DNA of 64,000 nucleotides, from sequence record MW879340.1. One strand, 5' to 3'. Numbering within the stretch: position 1 is the stretch's first letter; each line of letters begins with the position of its first letter. A program made the position numbers and the translations under genes. Of the stretch, positions 50,890-61,495 are shown one piece after another. Below the pieces are notes generated by a model that was given only the letters and a program-made list of their open reading frames with translations, was not told the DNA's origin and ran no database searches.

Positions 50890-52428
50890 ATGCCTATCGT
50901 CAAGCGCCAAATAAAGGAACAGCACAAATCGATTATTCGCCCGGTGGTGATCGACGTAGTAAACGACTTGATTCGTTTCATGGAGCTGAAGCCTAACACC
51001 GACATTATCTTCAAAGGTTACTCTGACATCGCCATGATGCCAAACGGCTACATGGGTCTGAGTACTGATAACGCAACCAGAGAAAACATTCGTACCGTGG
51101 GTCGTGAGCGTATCTTCATTGAGATGGAAGAAGAGAACCCGGAAACCACGTTGTTAGAAATGCCGGTGACCTACCCTGAATGGCCGTACATCTTTGCGGA
51201 TGAGTCATTGGGTATTTTCATCTACCCTATTAAGGAACGCACCAGCATTCGTTTGAACTTCGTTAACCGCTTCATGTCCAAAGGCAAAGCCGATGCTTGG
51301 CTCTCCCACATGAAACAGTTAATGGCGCAGCTGGTGAAAGACTACATCCACCAGGCCACGTACAATTATGCGTATCCTGATGAAGTCATAGGGTTGATCC
51401 ACACCTTGTGGAAGTATCGTGAAAACCAGGGTGGTTATAACGAAACCTTCTCGCAGTACTTCCGGGGTTATTCCACCAACAAGCTAACCGCGATTGCTAA
51501 CCAGTCAGGCAGTCAAACCGATCTGGTGATTGCTGAGACTGCGGACAACATCACCGGTAACTGGGAATTCGATACGCCACCATTCCCGACCAAGGCCAAC
51601 AACCTGGGCAACTGGCAAGCATCATTCTCGTATCGCTTTGAGTTTGACAAGCCATTGGGGATGGTAATTCAATACCCGATTGCAATTCACAACCAGGTGC
51701 TGGATGAGTCCTTGATCCCTAAACGTCGTTTACCGTCATACCGGGGTAAGGTTTACCACAAGCCGTATCAGCAGCAACGCTTTGAAGGAATCCAGGAAGA
51801 CATCGGGCAATCATACGATCCTCGTCTGACCGATTGGCTGATCTACCCGGACATCGATGAGTGGCAGCTGCCCACGTTCGATTACAAGTTCATTCCGCAG
51901 TATCAAGTACTGTTAGCCGTTAACCCGGAAGACAAGAAAGAGCTGGTCAGCCTGCGTGAGCTTGGCCCGTACCAGTTCACCGCCCGTGCACTGAAGTACT
52001 TGCAGCACGTTGGGGTGAAGTGCTTCCACCATCATCAGTCTATCATTCAGCTGGCGTTGTTCTGTGGTGACGATCTGATTGATCCTAACGATATCGAGAT
52101 GGATCCTCGCACCTGGGTTGTGCGCTGTAAGTATGATCTGGATATCCGTAAGCAGTATCGTCTGGTGATTTACATTGACGCTGACTTACGTCGCTTGTGG
52201 GAAGACACCGTATCCGATCTGAAAGACCGTGGTGTGTGGACACAGGAAGTGATTTCCGTGATCTACCCTGACAGGGTGCCACCGATCGATGAAGACGGTC
52301 GTGTGACCGATGAAGAATGGCGTAAGCTGATTGACGGGATCGACTGGAGTAAACTGCCGTCGACCGATACGCTGTACATTGGTCGTTTCGTAATTATTGC
52401 AAGGAGTGAGCGCGATGGCTATCGCTAA
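50890..52428 (+). CDS. virion structural protein
   Basis: ATG 50890 avoids overlap with the divergent gene; operon context. Confidence 0.7.
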   Translation: MPIVKRQIKEQHKSIIRPVVIDVVNDLIRFMELKPNTDIIFKGYSDIAMMPNGYMGLSTDNATRENIRTVGRERIFIEMEEENPETTLLEMPVTYPEWPYIFADESLGIFIYPIKERTSIRLNFVNRFMSKGKADAWLSHMKQLMAQLVKDYIHQATYNYAYPDEVIGLIHTLWKYRENQGGYNETFSQYFRGYSTNKLTAIANQSGSQTDLVIAETADNITGNWEFDTPPFPTKANNLGNWQASFSYRFEFDKPLGMVIQYPIAIHNQVLDESLIPKRRLPSYRGKVYHKPYQQQRFEGIQEDIGQSYDPRLTDWLIYPDIDEWQLPTFDYKFIPQYQVLLAVNPEDKKELVSLRELGPYQFTARALKYLQHVGVKCFHHHQSIIQLALFCGDDLIDPNDIEMDPRTWVVRCKYDLDIRKQYRLVIYIDADLRRLWEDTVSDLKDRGVWTQEVISVIYPDRVPPIDEDGRVTDEEWRKLIDGIDWSKLPSTDTLYIGRFVIIARSERDGYR

Positions 52429-53707
52429 TGTACCGCCGAAGAAACCTGACGTACCATTGCCAAAACCCCCTGAAGTAAAAAGCAACACGCTCCGGGATGA
52501 AGTCGTTAACGCCGGTTATGTTCCACTGAAGTCTCTGGTGCCTTACGCCCAGGGTAAGCCGTGGATGACCAACTACTTCAGTCAGAAGCTGGGCAAGGGT
52601 AGCGAGCCTATGCCACCGCAGTTTGACGATGCGAAGGCACTGCAAAGCTATCTGCGTGTTCGTAAGTTCGTCTTTAAGGTGCAGGCTGAGTTATCGCGTA
52701 ACCCGAACGACGAAGGTGAAATGGAACTCACCGGTGAATCCATTATCCTGCCGGGCATTGTTCCGAACATCTACGATGCGTTTACCGCCGACATTGGCGA
52801 TGGTCGCGTAGGGCTCTTCATTGTTAACCGGGTTGAGCAGTTATCCCAGTACAATGATGCGGCGTACCAGATCGGGTATGGTCTTTACGACTACTACACC
52901 AAAGATATCCAGGAGCAACTGGAGTCTCGTATAACGACGGATGCCGTGTATGACATGGACTATGTCAATACCGGTAAGAATCCGATCATCGCGTATGACG
53001 AGTACTTCACCCGTGAACGTTTAGACCGTGAAGAGCGTGGGTTATGTGATCACTTCTTCAGTCAGTTCTTTGATAAGGAGCTGGGGACGTTGTCCGTGCC
53101 GGATGCCGATGCCTTCCTGCGTTTGTACGATCCGTACCACACCCGTTTCGTTGATCGTCTGATTGAACACGATAAGCGCCCTTCTAGGATGCGCATGATT
53201 GTGTTGGACGAATCCATGAACAGTGTGAACACGCCGGTGACCTTGTGGGATATGTTGGGTAAACAGGATGTGCGTCAGTTTGCTTACGTGCAGCGTGACA
53301 TGCAAATGGTGGGAACCAAATACTTCCGTGGTGGTTCGGTGTTGATGGGCGGTGTAGCGTACAGCGGGTTTGATGACGTGGTGTTCCCTGTGTGTGACGG
53401 TGCGCCGTTATCGCAGCGTGACATTCTGGGCGACGCCAGCAGCAACGGTGATGAACGTGGTATCCTGTTCCAGCGCCTCGGCTATCAAACCAACTACGTG
53501 CTGTCTGCGGCGTTCTACGAGCAGCGTCGTGTTGACATGAACATGCTGGAACGTGAGATTCACAACCTCATTACCGGCCAGCCTATCAGCGTGGATAACG
53601 TGGATGTCTTATTGAACACGTACTACACCGCTCCGCGTCTGGTGCAGTTCTACGCCTTCCCGTTATTGGTAACGTTGTGCCGTACTGCGTCACAGCGTTT
53701 AGTGTAA
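52415..53707 (+). CDS. virion structural protein
   Basis: AAGGAG RBS before ATG 52415. Confidence 0.7.
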   Translation: MAIANVPPKKPDVPLPKPPEVKSNTLRDEVVNAGYVPLKSLVPYAQGKPWMTNYFSQKLGKGSEPMPPQFDDAKALQSYLRVRKFVFKVQAELSRNPNDEGEMELTGESIILPGIVPNIYDAFTADIGDGRVGLFIVNRVEQLSQYNDAAYQIGYGLYDYYTKDIQEQLESRITTDAVYDMDYVNTGKNPIIAYDEYFTRERLDREERGLCDHFFSQFFDKELGTLSVPDADAFLRLYDPYHTRFVDRLIEHDKRPSRMRMIVLDESMNSVNTPVTLWDMLGKQDVRQFAYVQRDMQMVGTKYFRGGSVLMGGVAYSGFDDVVFPVCDGAPLSQRDILGDASSNGDERGILFQRLGYQTNYVLSAAFYEQRRVDMNMLEREIHNLITGQPISVDNVDVLLNTYYTAPRLVQFYAFPLLVTLCRTASQRLV

Positions 53708-53716
53708 GGAATTAAC

Positions 53717-54340
53717 ATGACTACACAAACACGTCGTGAGTTCATCATTGCTGAAGTCAAGCGTTTGCAGACGGTGATCTTTGAATGCCGTTACGCATGC
53801 CGCATGACCCAGCGTGACCAGTATGATGTTACGTACCTGGAAGAGCGTGGTATTCCGGTAACTGGCATTGACTGGATCGACGCCCTTGCTGATGAACAGC
53901 AGAACCATGTGTTGCTGACGATTGACCGCATGGTGGAACTGTGTGACCAGGGGATCAACTTCTGGCTGGATGACCCGTCTCGTTATGCGGGTATCATCTA
54001 TAAGTCAATCACCGACTACATCCTGTACTACGCGGAGCTGAGTGATATTCACCCTAACCTACCGTTGCCTGACCAGGATGACTTCGAGCGTCTGGATGAT
54101 CTGGCAAAGAACATCTACAAGGTGTATCGCTGCTACGAAACCGAAATCGACACCGGTGGGTTCATCTCTCGTCTGCGCAATGGTCGTGTGCGTGCCTTTG
54201 ACATGCAGAAGGCGGGCATGATCAACATGGGCAAACCAATCCTGAACGACGATGGTTCGGTACCACAGAAAGAACACCAGTCTCAGCTGGCAACCGCCTT
54301 TGGTTATCGTTACCGCCCACGTAAGGAACCGACCCAATGA
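53717..54340 (+). CDS. conserved hypothetical/virion-associated protein
   Basis: AAGGAA RBS. Confidence 0.75.
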   Translation: MTTQTRREFIIAEVKRLQTVIFECRYACRMTQRDQYDVTYLEERGIPVTGIDWIDALADEQQNHVLLTIDRMVELCDQGINFWLDDPSRYAGIIYKSITDYILYYAELSDIHPNLPLPDQDDFERLDDLAKNIYKVYRCYETEIDTGGFISRLRNGRVRAFDMQKAGMINMGKPILNDDGSVPQKEHQSQLATAFGYRYRPRKEPTQ

Positions 54341-55683
54341 CCATTGATAGCACATCGCTTATTAATGAGATCACACAGATCGCTGCGCCCCAGCGGCGTC
54401 TGTACCACAACCTCACAGCCGAACTCACGTTTGACACAACGGTACTCAACGTGTTCCGTGTGGCGTCGTTAAACCGCTACTGTGACTTCGTGAAGGCGTA
54501 TGCTGAAGAGTGGATGATTGACCTGGTCATGAACAAAGGATTGTTCAACACCTACGTGGTGGATAACCAGGATCGATTGATGATCAATCTGTACATCGAT
54601 TCGTCTGTTCCAGGGAAAGCGCCGAACATCAAGAAGCTACAGATGCGAGCCTTCCCGAAGAACACCACCGATGAGCGTGTGAAACAAAACCGTTCTGCTG
54701 ATTTGAACCAGGAAGAAATTGGCAAGCTGGAAATGGACGTGTATCAGTTCCAGTTGGTGGACGTGGCGATGGAGCACATGCGGGCAATGCAGACCGGGGG
54801 TAATTACCCGGTGACGTCTGCGGCTTCTGTGTTGCGTACGTTGCTGGGGGGTGCGGGATCGATGTTGGATCTGCCATTGGAACAAAAGCCAGTGGCACCT
54901 GATGTGATTGCACCGGATACCGAAGTGGTGAAGAACATGATCTGTGTGAAGCAGGGAACCAACCTCTGTGACTTACCGGGTTATTTGCAACATCACTACG
55001 GTCTGTACAACACGCAGCTGGGCTCCTTCTACCATGACCGCTCTTGGTACGTTTGGCCGCTGTATAACACCAAGCGTTTTGAGCTGGCGAAGAAGACCCT
55101 GACTTTGATCAACGTCCCACGTGATCGTTTCCCGGATATCGAAACCACCTTTGCCATTCGTGGTAACAGCGTGGTCATTTTGTTAACCGGGGATTCGGTC
55201 TACGAAGACACTACCAACCGTCAACAGTATAATGATGGTAACGGTACACGTGCTATTCGTGCTTCCGCCGTATCGGGTGACGAAGGACGTATCGTGGACA
55301 AAGGTCAGGTCGTGGTGCAACGTAGTCAGTCCAACACCGAGATCAAAACCAACGACCGACGCACTGGCGTGAACGTTGTACCTTCTACTACAGAAGTTAC
55401 TGACAATACGGCCCGTGTGTTAAGTCGTACAGCAACGGTCAATGGTACGACAGCACAGTTTGCCTGGCAGAGTAGCGACCCTTCGCTGATCTTCCCAGGA
55501 ATGCCTGTGAAGCTGTTGTATTTGAAAGACGGTGTGGTCGTGCAGCGCTATGGAGTTCTTACCGCTGCTGAGTCACAGTACACGTTAGCACAGCCTGGGT
55601 TGATGGATAAAGCTTCTTTAGCCAAGACCGCCCTGACCGTGTTTATCAGTAACACCGACGACACATACAACACTTCACTGTAA
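54337..55683 (+). CDS. virion structural protein, possibly baseplate hub
   Basis: ATGA coupling; hub call from recalled synteny only. Confidence 0.6.
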   Translation: MTIDSTSLINEITQIAAPQRRLYHNLTAELTFDTTVLNVFRVASLNRYCDFVKAYAEEWMIDLVMNKGLFNTYVVDNQDRLMINLYIDSSVPGKAPNIKKLQMRAFPKNTTDERVKQNRSADLNQEEIGKLEMDVYQFQLVDVAMEHMRAMQTGGNYPVTSAASVLRTLLGGAGSMLDLPLEQKPVAPDVIAPDTEVVKNMICVKQGTNLCDLPGYLQHHYGLYNTQLGSFYHDRSWYVWPLYNTKRFELAKKTLTLINVPRDRFPDIETTFAIRGNSVVILLTGDSVYEDTTNRQQYNDGNGTRAIRASAVSGDEGRIVDKGQVVVQRSQSNTEIKTNDRRTGVNVVPSTTEVTDNTARVLSRTATVNGTTAQFAWQSSDPSLIFPGMPVKLLYLKDGVVVQRYGVLTAAESQYTLAQPGLMDKASLAKTALTVFISNTDDTYNTSL

Positions 55684-55687
55684 GCTG

Positions 55688-55724
55688 GATGGCGGGGTTC
55701 GAAAGAACCTCGTCATTTATGCCG
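55688..55724 (+). terminator. terminator with TTATGCCG tail, GAAA loop
   Basis: GATGGCGGGGTTC-GAAA-GAACCTCGTCATT. Confidence 0.8.
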
Positions 55725-55741
55725 TATTCGCAATGCAGATG

Positions 55742-55760
55742 ATTTCACATCTACATTACT
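55742..55760 (+). promoter_or_regulatory. putative early promoter
   Basis: ATTTCA-CAT-CTACATTACT. Confidence 0.7.
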
Positions 55761-55791
55761 CTGGTGATAATGATGACAAATGGAAACTAAC

Positions 55792-56175
55792 ATGAACCGA
55801 CCGCATGCAGTGGTACCAACCTCGATCATCCTCGAACTCCACATGGCCGCAGTAAAGAATTACGAAGACCGTTTTCTGAACTGTGATCCACAAGTGGCCG
55901 ACGTGTATCGTCACATTGGTTTGTATCGTTTGTTCAATACACCAGAGTTTAATCGCCCGAGCAGCAGCTGGATGGTCCAGGCTGTGCTTGAGACCGAGAT
56001 CGCCCGTGACGGTGTGACCATTAATACCAGCGAACAGTTGGATATTTACGTGGACAACTTCATGGCGAAAATGGCTGCTGTGAATAATGGCTTTGAAGAG
56101 AACGGTGATGTCCAGCGCATCATTCAGTTAGGCTTTAACAATCTTTACGACGCAAAAGGGTTTAATGATGAATAA
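55792..56175 (+). CDS. early hypothetical protein
   Basis: GGA RBS before ATG 55792 (alternative start 55780). Confidence 0.75.
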   Translation: MNRPHAVVPTSIILELHMAAVKNYEDRFLNCDPQVADVYRHIGLYRLFNTPEFNRPSSSWMVQAVLETEIARDGVTINTSEQLDIYVDNFMAKMAAVNNGFEENGDVQRIIQLGFNNLYDAKGFNDE

Positions 56176-56389
56176 ATTACTCGGCATCGTGGCGTTGCTG
56201 GTATCGTTTAACGTAATGGCGTCTCAGGACGCACCAGACGATCTGTACGCGATGCAATGCGTCGATGGTACGTGTTACTATGCTACAGGGAAACAAATCC
56301 CTGAGAACGTGCTGAAGAAGTTTGAGCAAGAAATGGCTGCCGAGATGGCAAAGATTGAACAAGAACAAGGAGAACAATCGAGTGAGTGA
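56165..56389 (+). CDS. small exported protein (signal peptide, CVDGTC)
   Basis: MNKLLGIVALLVSFNVMA-S. Confidence 0.7.
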   Translation: MMNKLLGIVALLVSFNVMASQDAPDDLYAMQCVDGTCYYATGKQIPENVLKKFEQEMAAEMAKIEQEQGEQSSE

Positions 56390-57029
56390 TTATAATTTCT
56401 TCGCAGCAGACGGATTAGACGGCTGCGGTAAGTCCACGTTGCTGGACAAAATCAACGCAGCGTTTAAAGAACGCGGTCACCCAGTGGCATGGGTGGATGA
56501 GCCCGGTCACTACGGTGAGCATGAACACCTGCGTCGCATCATGACCGACTCGTCTGTGAATGTAGACCCATCGGATAAGAACATGATCCGTACGTTGCTC
56601 ATGGCAGCAGATCGTGTACTCAGTGCCGCGGGTATCCGTAAAGCAATCGCCAAAGGCAATGCTGTTTTGAGTTCACGCTCGTTTATGTCCAGCGTTGTCT
56701 ACCAGGGTATCGTTGGCGGTCAGTTAGATCTGGTCACCAAGATCCATCAGGAAGCCGGTCTGATCTTCCCGTCTATTATCTTTGTACTCCGTGTCTCTGG
56801 TGAAACGTCTGTGCGTCGTATGACCCACCGTGGCCCGATGGACGACATTGAGAAAGACGTTGCTGACCGTGCCAATCAGTACGCTGCGGCGTATGACTAC
56901 GCAGAATCTTTCGTACGTCATATTTCCGGCGGTAAAACCAAGGTCATCTATCTGGATGGCGAAGCATCCCCTGACGATATTTTCGCACACGCGATGGCCC
57001 ACATTAAGGAACACATGGGATGGAATTAA
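56382..57029 (+). CDS. tmk: thymidylate (dTMP) kinase
   Basis: DGLDGCGKST P-loop, EPG, AADR, SR...S..YQG; GTG 56382 after GGAG. Confidence 0.9.
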   Translation: MSDYNFFAADGLDGCGKSTLLDKINAAFKERGHPVAWVDEPGHYGEHEHLRRIMTDSSVNVDPSDKNMIRTLLMAADRVLSAAGIRKAIAKGNAVLSSRSFMSSVVYQGIVGGQLDLVTKIHQEAGLIFPSIIFVLRVSGETSVRRMTHRGPMDDIEKDVADRANQYAAAYDYAESFVRHISGGKTKVIYLDGEASPDDIFAHAMAHIKEHMGWN

Positions 57030-57349
57030 CGTTAATGGCTGAACCAAGTGAAACGATTCTCTCTGAGCTGTACGGCTGGGGTGAAGTTCCGTTTGACTGG
57101 ATCGCCGAACGAGGCGCTGATTTTAATAAAGCACTGCTGGGCAACGGTGAGAATCCTTACTGCATGACCAGCGTGTATAAAGGGAAGGAAGAGTGTAGCT
57201 ACAGCCACATCTTCATGTTCCCTGCCGAACCGTCCAGTCAGCAACTGGATATCAATAAGCAGCAACGGGCGCTGATGGAAAATCTGTGCCGCGGTAAGTT
57301 CCGCATTCATCACATCCATGCCGGTGTGGAATGCTTTGCTTTTATGTAA
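57020..57349 (+). CDS. hypothetical protein
   Basis: 109-aa ORF; start may be ATG 57035. Confidence 0.7.
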   Translation: MELTLMAEPSETILSELYGWGEVPFDWIAERGADFNKALLGNGENPYCMTSVYKGKEECSYSHIFMFPAEPSSQQLDINKQQRALMENLCRGKFRIHHIHAGVECFAFM

Positions 57350-57382
57350 GTCAACAAACCTTTAACCTGTGAGATTGTAAAA

Positions 57383-57793
57383 ATGAAATTAGGCTATTAT
57401 TACGGATTAGTGATGGACAACAAATCCAATGCATACCGCCTCCTGAAAATCCAGCGTACCTCCGCTGGTGAATCTTCAGTGGCAGCCTACACTCGTTGGA
57501 TCAAAGAGTTGGAACAAAAAGAAAAGGGACGTTACACCACGATGGGCCTGTCTTTCGGTGCGCTGAAGATTGAGTACAATCCTAAAGCACTGTCGGGCGT
57601 AGTAAAAGTTGGGTTTGCCGAGCTTGGTATGATCACAGCTAAACCGTCTATCCTGTCCACCGCATTCAAAGGTGTAGCAGGACAGACATTATACCTGTCA
57701 GGTAAACCTAATCCTTTACACAGCAACACGACTCTGAACGAGATTCGTGATGCAATCCTTGAACACATCGAAGACGCTATCTGGGTGGGCTGA
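57383..57793 (+). CDS. hypothetical protein
   Basis: 136-aa ORF, tiling. Confidence 0.75.
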   Translation: MKLGYYYGLVMDNKSNAYRLLKIQRTSAGESSVAAYTRWIKELEQKEKGRYTTMGLSFGALKIEYNPKALSGVVKVGFAELGMITAKPSILSTAFKGVAGQTLYLSGKPNPLHSNTTLNEIRDAILEHIEDAIWVG

Positions 57794-57795
57794 TC

Positions 57796-58245
57796 ATGTA
57801 CCAACTGTATACTGAAGAACGTAAGTTTGAACAACTCGCTCAGTACTACACTGAAAATCCTCGTGACATCGTGAAAGGCAATGATGAGTTTAACAAATTC
57901 ATTGCCCGCATTCTTGCTACGCGGGAGATCATTACGCTAGCAGCGAGCACAGGACAGGTGTACGTGCGTAATAAACAAATGCTGTACATTCACATGGCTG
58001 TGACCAAGATCGGCGCTGAGATGGTCGCTGAGATCTTCCAGCAGGCACAGCAGCAGATATACAAGGATTACATTCTTGGCGATCAGCCACTGAGTGTGTC
58101 GTTGAAACCAACTGCGTTACAAATGCGCTTTAACTTTTATAACCATGAAGACCTGTGGTTCCAAGCCTTGACATTGCAATGTCATGGTTTAGTTAATACG
58201 CGATCGCAGGCTTATGTTATCGATTGTTTGAACGCAGTGCGCTAA
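57796..58245 (+). CDS. hypothetical protein
   Basis: 149-aa ORF, followed by a terminator. Confidence 0.75.
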   Translation: MYQLYTEERKFEQLAQYYTENPRDIVKGNDEFNKFIARILATREIITLAASTGQVYVRNKQMLYIHMAVTKIGAEMVAEIFQQAQQQIYKDYILGDQPLSVSLKPTALQMRFNFYNHEDLWFQALTLQCHGLVNTRSQAYVIDCLNAVR

Positions 58246-58247
58246 AC

Positions 58248-58314
58248 GTCATAACGCAGTTACCTACCCCGCAAAGGGTAGGTAACTGCAATTATGCCGA
58301 TACTCTTTTTTTTT
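58248..58314. terminator. bidirectional terminator, TTATGCCG family, GCAA loop
   Basis: GCAGTTACCTACCC..GGGTAGGTAACTGC; convergent junction. Confidence 0.85.
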
Positions 58315-58315
58315 G

Positions 58316-59008
58316 TTACTGAACCAATTCCAGGATAGGGCGCCAGCCCACGTTTGAGTTTGCTGTGGTACGACCCAATGACGAAGGAGAGATTACAGAT
58401 TCATACCCAATACACATGGCGTTAGCCTGAGAAGTATTAAGCTGCTGCACCATCGAGTGTTTACCCGGGATGCCCAAGTTAAGAGATGCCCACTTCGTGC
58501 CATCCTCAGAGTTTACCGTGGTGTTCTTATCCACAGACCACAGCATCCTTCCCCACTCTGACGCCTGTACTTCACCTGCCGAGTTCTGCCAGAATGTGTT
58601 CAATGAGATACTCGGTAACCGCACCAGGAACACCGACCCTTGAATGTTGATCGTCCTGTACTGGTTTACCCCAGGCATTATGGTCTGCCCACCGTTACCA
58701 TCCACCCCATATATCAATCCCTTGTTGTACATGGTGCTCCATGGAGTGCCGTCATTCAGGGTGACCAATGGCCAATACAAGATCCTGCCATCTAACTCGA
58801 ACTTAGTCCAGTTAGGGTTGTTGCCGTTAGACGTAATACCAAATGCACCACACAGCGCAGCGCCTGTGATAAACTGGGATGGCGTTAACTGTCCATAATA
58901 CTTGGTTGACTTCTTACCGTCGCTACTCGTGTAGCTGTTGGTTGGTGTGCCAGGTCCAGGACCTAGACCAGGGGTCGAAGACTTGCCACCAAATATAGAT
59001 TCAAGCAT
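58316..59008 (-). CDS. putative virion accessory protein, MLESIFGG N-terminus (GPGP..YYG...FITG..L..AFG jumbo-phage family)
   Basis: GGAGAG RBS before ATG 59008; the track's upstream ATG 59035 lies in the promoter motif. Confidence 0.75.
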   Translation of the reverse strand: MLESIFGGKSSTPGLGPGPGTPTNSYTSSDGKKSTKYYGQLTPSQFITGAALCGAFGITSNGNNPNWTKFELDGRILYWPLVTLNDGTPWSTMYNKGLIYGVDGNGGQTIMPGVNQYRTINIQGSVFLVRLPSISLNTFWQNSAGEVQASEWGRMLWSVDKNTTVNSEDGTKWASLNLGIPGKHSMVQQLNTSQANAMCIGYESVISPSSLGRTTANSNVGWRPILELVQ

Positions 59009-59031
59009 GACGCTCTCCAATTGTCTTAAAT

Positions 59032-59042
59032 ACATAAGATCG
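59032..59042 (-). promoter_or_regulatory. putative late promoter CGATCTTATGT
   Basis: Third identical copy. Confidence 0.55.
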
Positions 59043-59092
59043 GCATAAGACCCACCTAACCCCGTACCCGCAGGTAGGAGTCAGGCAGGCAA
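59040..59092 (-). terminator. GU-rich hairpin with CTTATGCCG tail
   Basis: Minus-strand stem followed by the family tail. Confidence 0.55.
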
Positions 59093-59221
59093 GACTACAA
59101 AGCATCGCATTAAAGTTTACTCAAGTCAAAATGGTTAAAAGATAGAAAAAGGTTTTAGTTAATTACGCTACGCCGGTTAGGGCTGTTTGTTTTAATTGTT
59201 TTAAGGCGTGAAGCCTAATCA

Positions 59222-59258
59222 GAAAAAAGAGGGGAGCACGACATCCTGCGCCTCCCCC
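59222..59258 (-). terminator. terminator downstream of the helicase gene
   Basis: GGGGAG..CTCCCC stem followed by a T run on the minus strand. Confidence 0.7.
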
Positions 59259-59311
59259 AAAGAACAAAACTAAAAGCATTTCTGGTCATACAATATACGG
59301 TAATGTATCCG

Positions 59312-60844
59312 TTAACCAAACCACGGGTTAGCGCCACCATCAGCCATTGTATCGCCAGCAACATGTTTACGAGACATGTCTTTACCATGAATGTCGTCCA
59401 GGATACCAGCTTCGGTAAACTTGTAGACACAGAACTTGTCTTTCTCAGGAGTAATGGAGATGGTACGGTGTTTACCACGTTGCACACACATGTATGTTTC
59501 TTCACCAACACGCACGAGGTGGATAATGATTTCCACGTCGACTTCCTGGTCAATCTTCGTACAGTTATCCCAATACCCTTTGTTCGCAGTTTCGCGTGGC
59601 AGGTCTTCTTCCATACCGTTACGTACCAGCATCTTCGCAGCCGGTGACAACTGGTGTGGAGTAATGACACAGATACCACGGGCGGATGTGAAGTTACGAA
59701 CACGACGGAACAGGTCACGGTATTCCTGCCCAGCCACACCTTTCTCACAACCCTGCTTGTTAAACATCCCCAGGTAGTCAATCGTTAACAGATGGATTTC
59801 ATAACCCATGTTCTCGAACTGCTTAATACGTTCGAACAGGTTACGGTAACCGAACTGTGATGGGTCGACACGACAGAAGTTAACTTCATAACCGTTGATC
59901 GATAATGCTTCCATCACTTCTTTAGCCGCTTGCGCTTCGTCAATCACCTGATGGTCATGAACCAAGCCGTCGATGTTGGCTTTGATCTTCTTCCACCAAG
60001 AAACCATGTTATCGGTCATGTTGTTCTCAGAAGAGATGTGCATGATCATTGGTTTCTTTTTCGGGTCACGCATGTACGGTGTGTTATGAATCGCGATCTG
60101 ACGCGTCAGGTCCATCGTGAAACCGGATTTGTTGTTGTGCTGCAATGCACCCACTAACACAAACTCGGAACGACGGAACCCACCGACCTCGCCCAGCATA
60201 CGGTTGATACCCTGATACCCGGTACGTAACACCCCAACCGTTGAAGATTCTTCCTTCGCTTGTTTAAAGAGTTGGCTTACCGCGTTAAGGTCACTTACCG
60301 AAACCTCTGCTACTACCGCCGGGTCAAACTGGTCGGTGGTGGTCAGGTTCAAGGTTTCAATTTCCTCGAACAACTTACCTACCGCCAAGTCAACGTCTAC
60401 GTCCTCACCACCATAGATGATTGGCATCGCTAACTTCTTAATCACCGCTTTGGCTTTACGACGGTTATCCCAGTTCTTCAGGTCACGGTAGATTTGTACT
60501 ACAGTTTGGTTTGCACGGTACGGGTCATCTTCGCTGGAGTTGATACCCATCTCCAGAGCTTGATACGTTGCGGTGTCCTGACCACAGTCATTTAACAGAC
60601 GCTGCATTAAATCGAGTTTATCAAGCGCTTCCATCTTGTTACGACCAATCAACCAACGAATGGTTTTACGTAACGCCAGCTGTACGGAACGCGCTTCATC
60701 GCTACCCATCGTCTCGATAGGAGCGGGAATATTCTCCATGAGTTCATCAATAAACTCACTGTGATCGTCGCCGGCTTCACCACCAACAATCGACTGTTGG
60801 TAAAATAACGTAATAATCTTTATGATAAGCAGGCCAGTGTCCAT
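59312..60844 (-). CDS. dnaB: DnaB-like replicative helicase
   Basis: TGYQGINRML..GGFRRSE, GALQHNNKSG Walker A, IDYLG, HQLS, QRGKHR; GAGGA RBS. Confidence 0.9.
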   Translation of the reverse strand: MDTGLLIIKIITLFYQQSIVGGEAGDDHSEFIDELMENIPAPIETMGSDEARSVQLALRKTIRWLIGRNKMEALDKLDLMQRLLNDCGQDTATYQALEMGINSSEDDPYRANQTVVQIYRDLKNWDNRRKAKAVIKKLAMPIIYGGEDVDVDLAVGKLFEEIETLNLTTTDQFDPAVVAEVSVSDLNAVSQLFKQAKEESSTVGVLRTGYQGINRMLGEVGGFRRSEFVLVGALQHNNKSGFTMDLTRQIAIHNTPYMRDPKKKPMIMHISSENNMTDNMVSWWKKIKANIDGLVHDHQVIDEAQAAKEVMEALSINGYEVNFCRVDPSQFGYRNLFERIKQFENMGYEIHLLTIDYLGMFNKQGCEKGVAGQEYRDLFRRVRNFTSARGICVITPHQLSPAAKMLVRNGMEEDLPRETANKGYWDNCTKIDQEVDVEIIIHLVRVGEETYMCVQRGKHRTISITPEKDKFCVYKFTEAGILDDIHGKDMSRKHVAGDTMADGGANPWFG

Positions 60845-60868
60845 CACGTTCCTCGTTAAGGTGAAGTT

Positions 60869-61495
60869 ATGTTCAAAGAGAAAATCATTATCGCGCCAGC
60901 TCCAATCCTGCGAGCTCTACGTGATAACCAATTAGCGTTAAAATCTTTACTCGAACCAGAAAAACTACTTAGTATATTATCCACTCGCGATGTCATTTTT
61001 TACTACGCCCTTAACGTCATGTTATGTAAAGTTGGTTTTCACAAATCGGCTGCGGCGTTTGCTAACAAGCTGACTGAGGCACTGGCTCAACTGCCGTACT
61101 TCTCAAATGGCATCATGGATGTGTTTACACAAGAAGAGTGGGTAAAGTTCGCAAGTACTTATCAGAACGATATCCAGGCTGAATTGTCGACGCTTAATCC
61201 TCGTGCTGTTTACGAGTACGCCACGGGCGAGCCCTATGATGTAGAAGCTCATCGCTCCGGTGATGCAGTGCGGTATGAATTCAAAACTACCGTCCTGAAT
61301 GCTGACACTGTCTGCATCATGGTTGTGCCCTGCGAAGACGCATGTGTGACTGATAGTATGTTAAGTCAACGTTTAATGCGTGATGTGCTGTACTCTATGA
61401 ACACCATCTCGGCTAAGCCGGAGGAGTACAAGAGTCTGTACGTAGGGCTGTGTAGCAGTGTTGTAAACAATGCGATTGCGCAGCGCAGAGTTTAA
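60869..61495 (+). CDS. conserved hypothetical protein between helicase and capsid genes
   Basis: AAGGTGA RBS. Confidence 0.8.
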   Translation: MFKEKIIIAPAPILRALRDNQLALKSLLEPEKLLSILSTRDVIFYYALNVMLCKVGFHKSAAAFANKLTEALAQLPYFSNGIMDVFTQEEWVKFASTYQNDIQAELSTLNPRAVYEYATGEPYDVEAHRSGDAVRYEFKTTVLNADTVCIMVVPCEDACVTDSMLSQRLMRDVLYSMNTISAKPEEYKSLYVGLCSSVVNNAIAQRRV

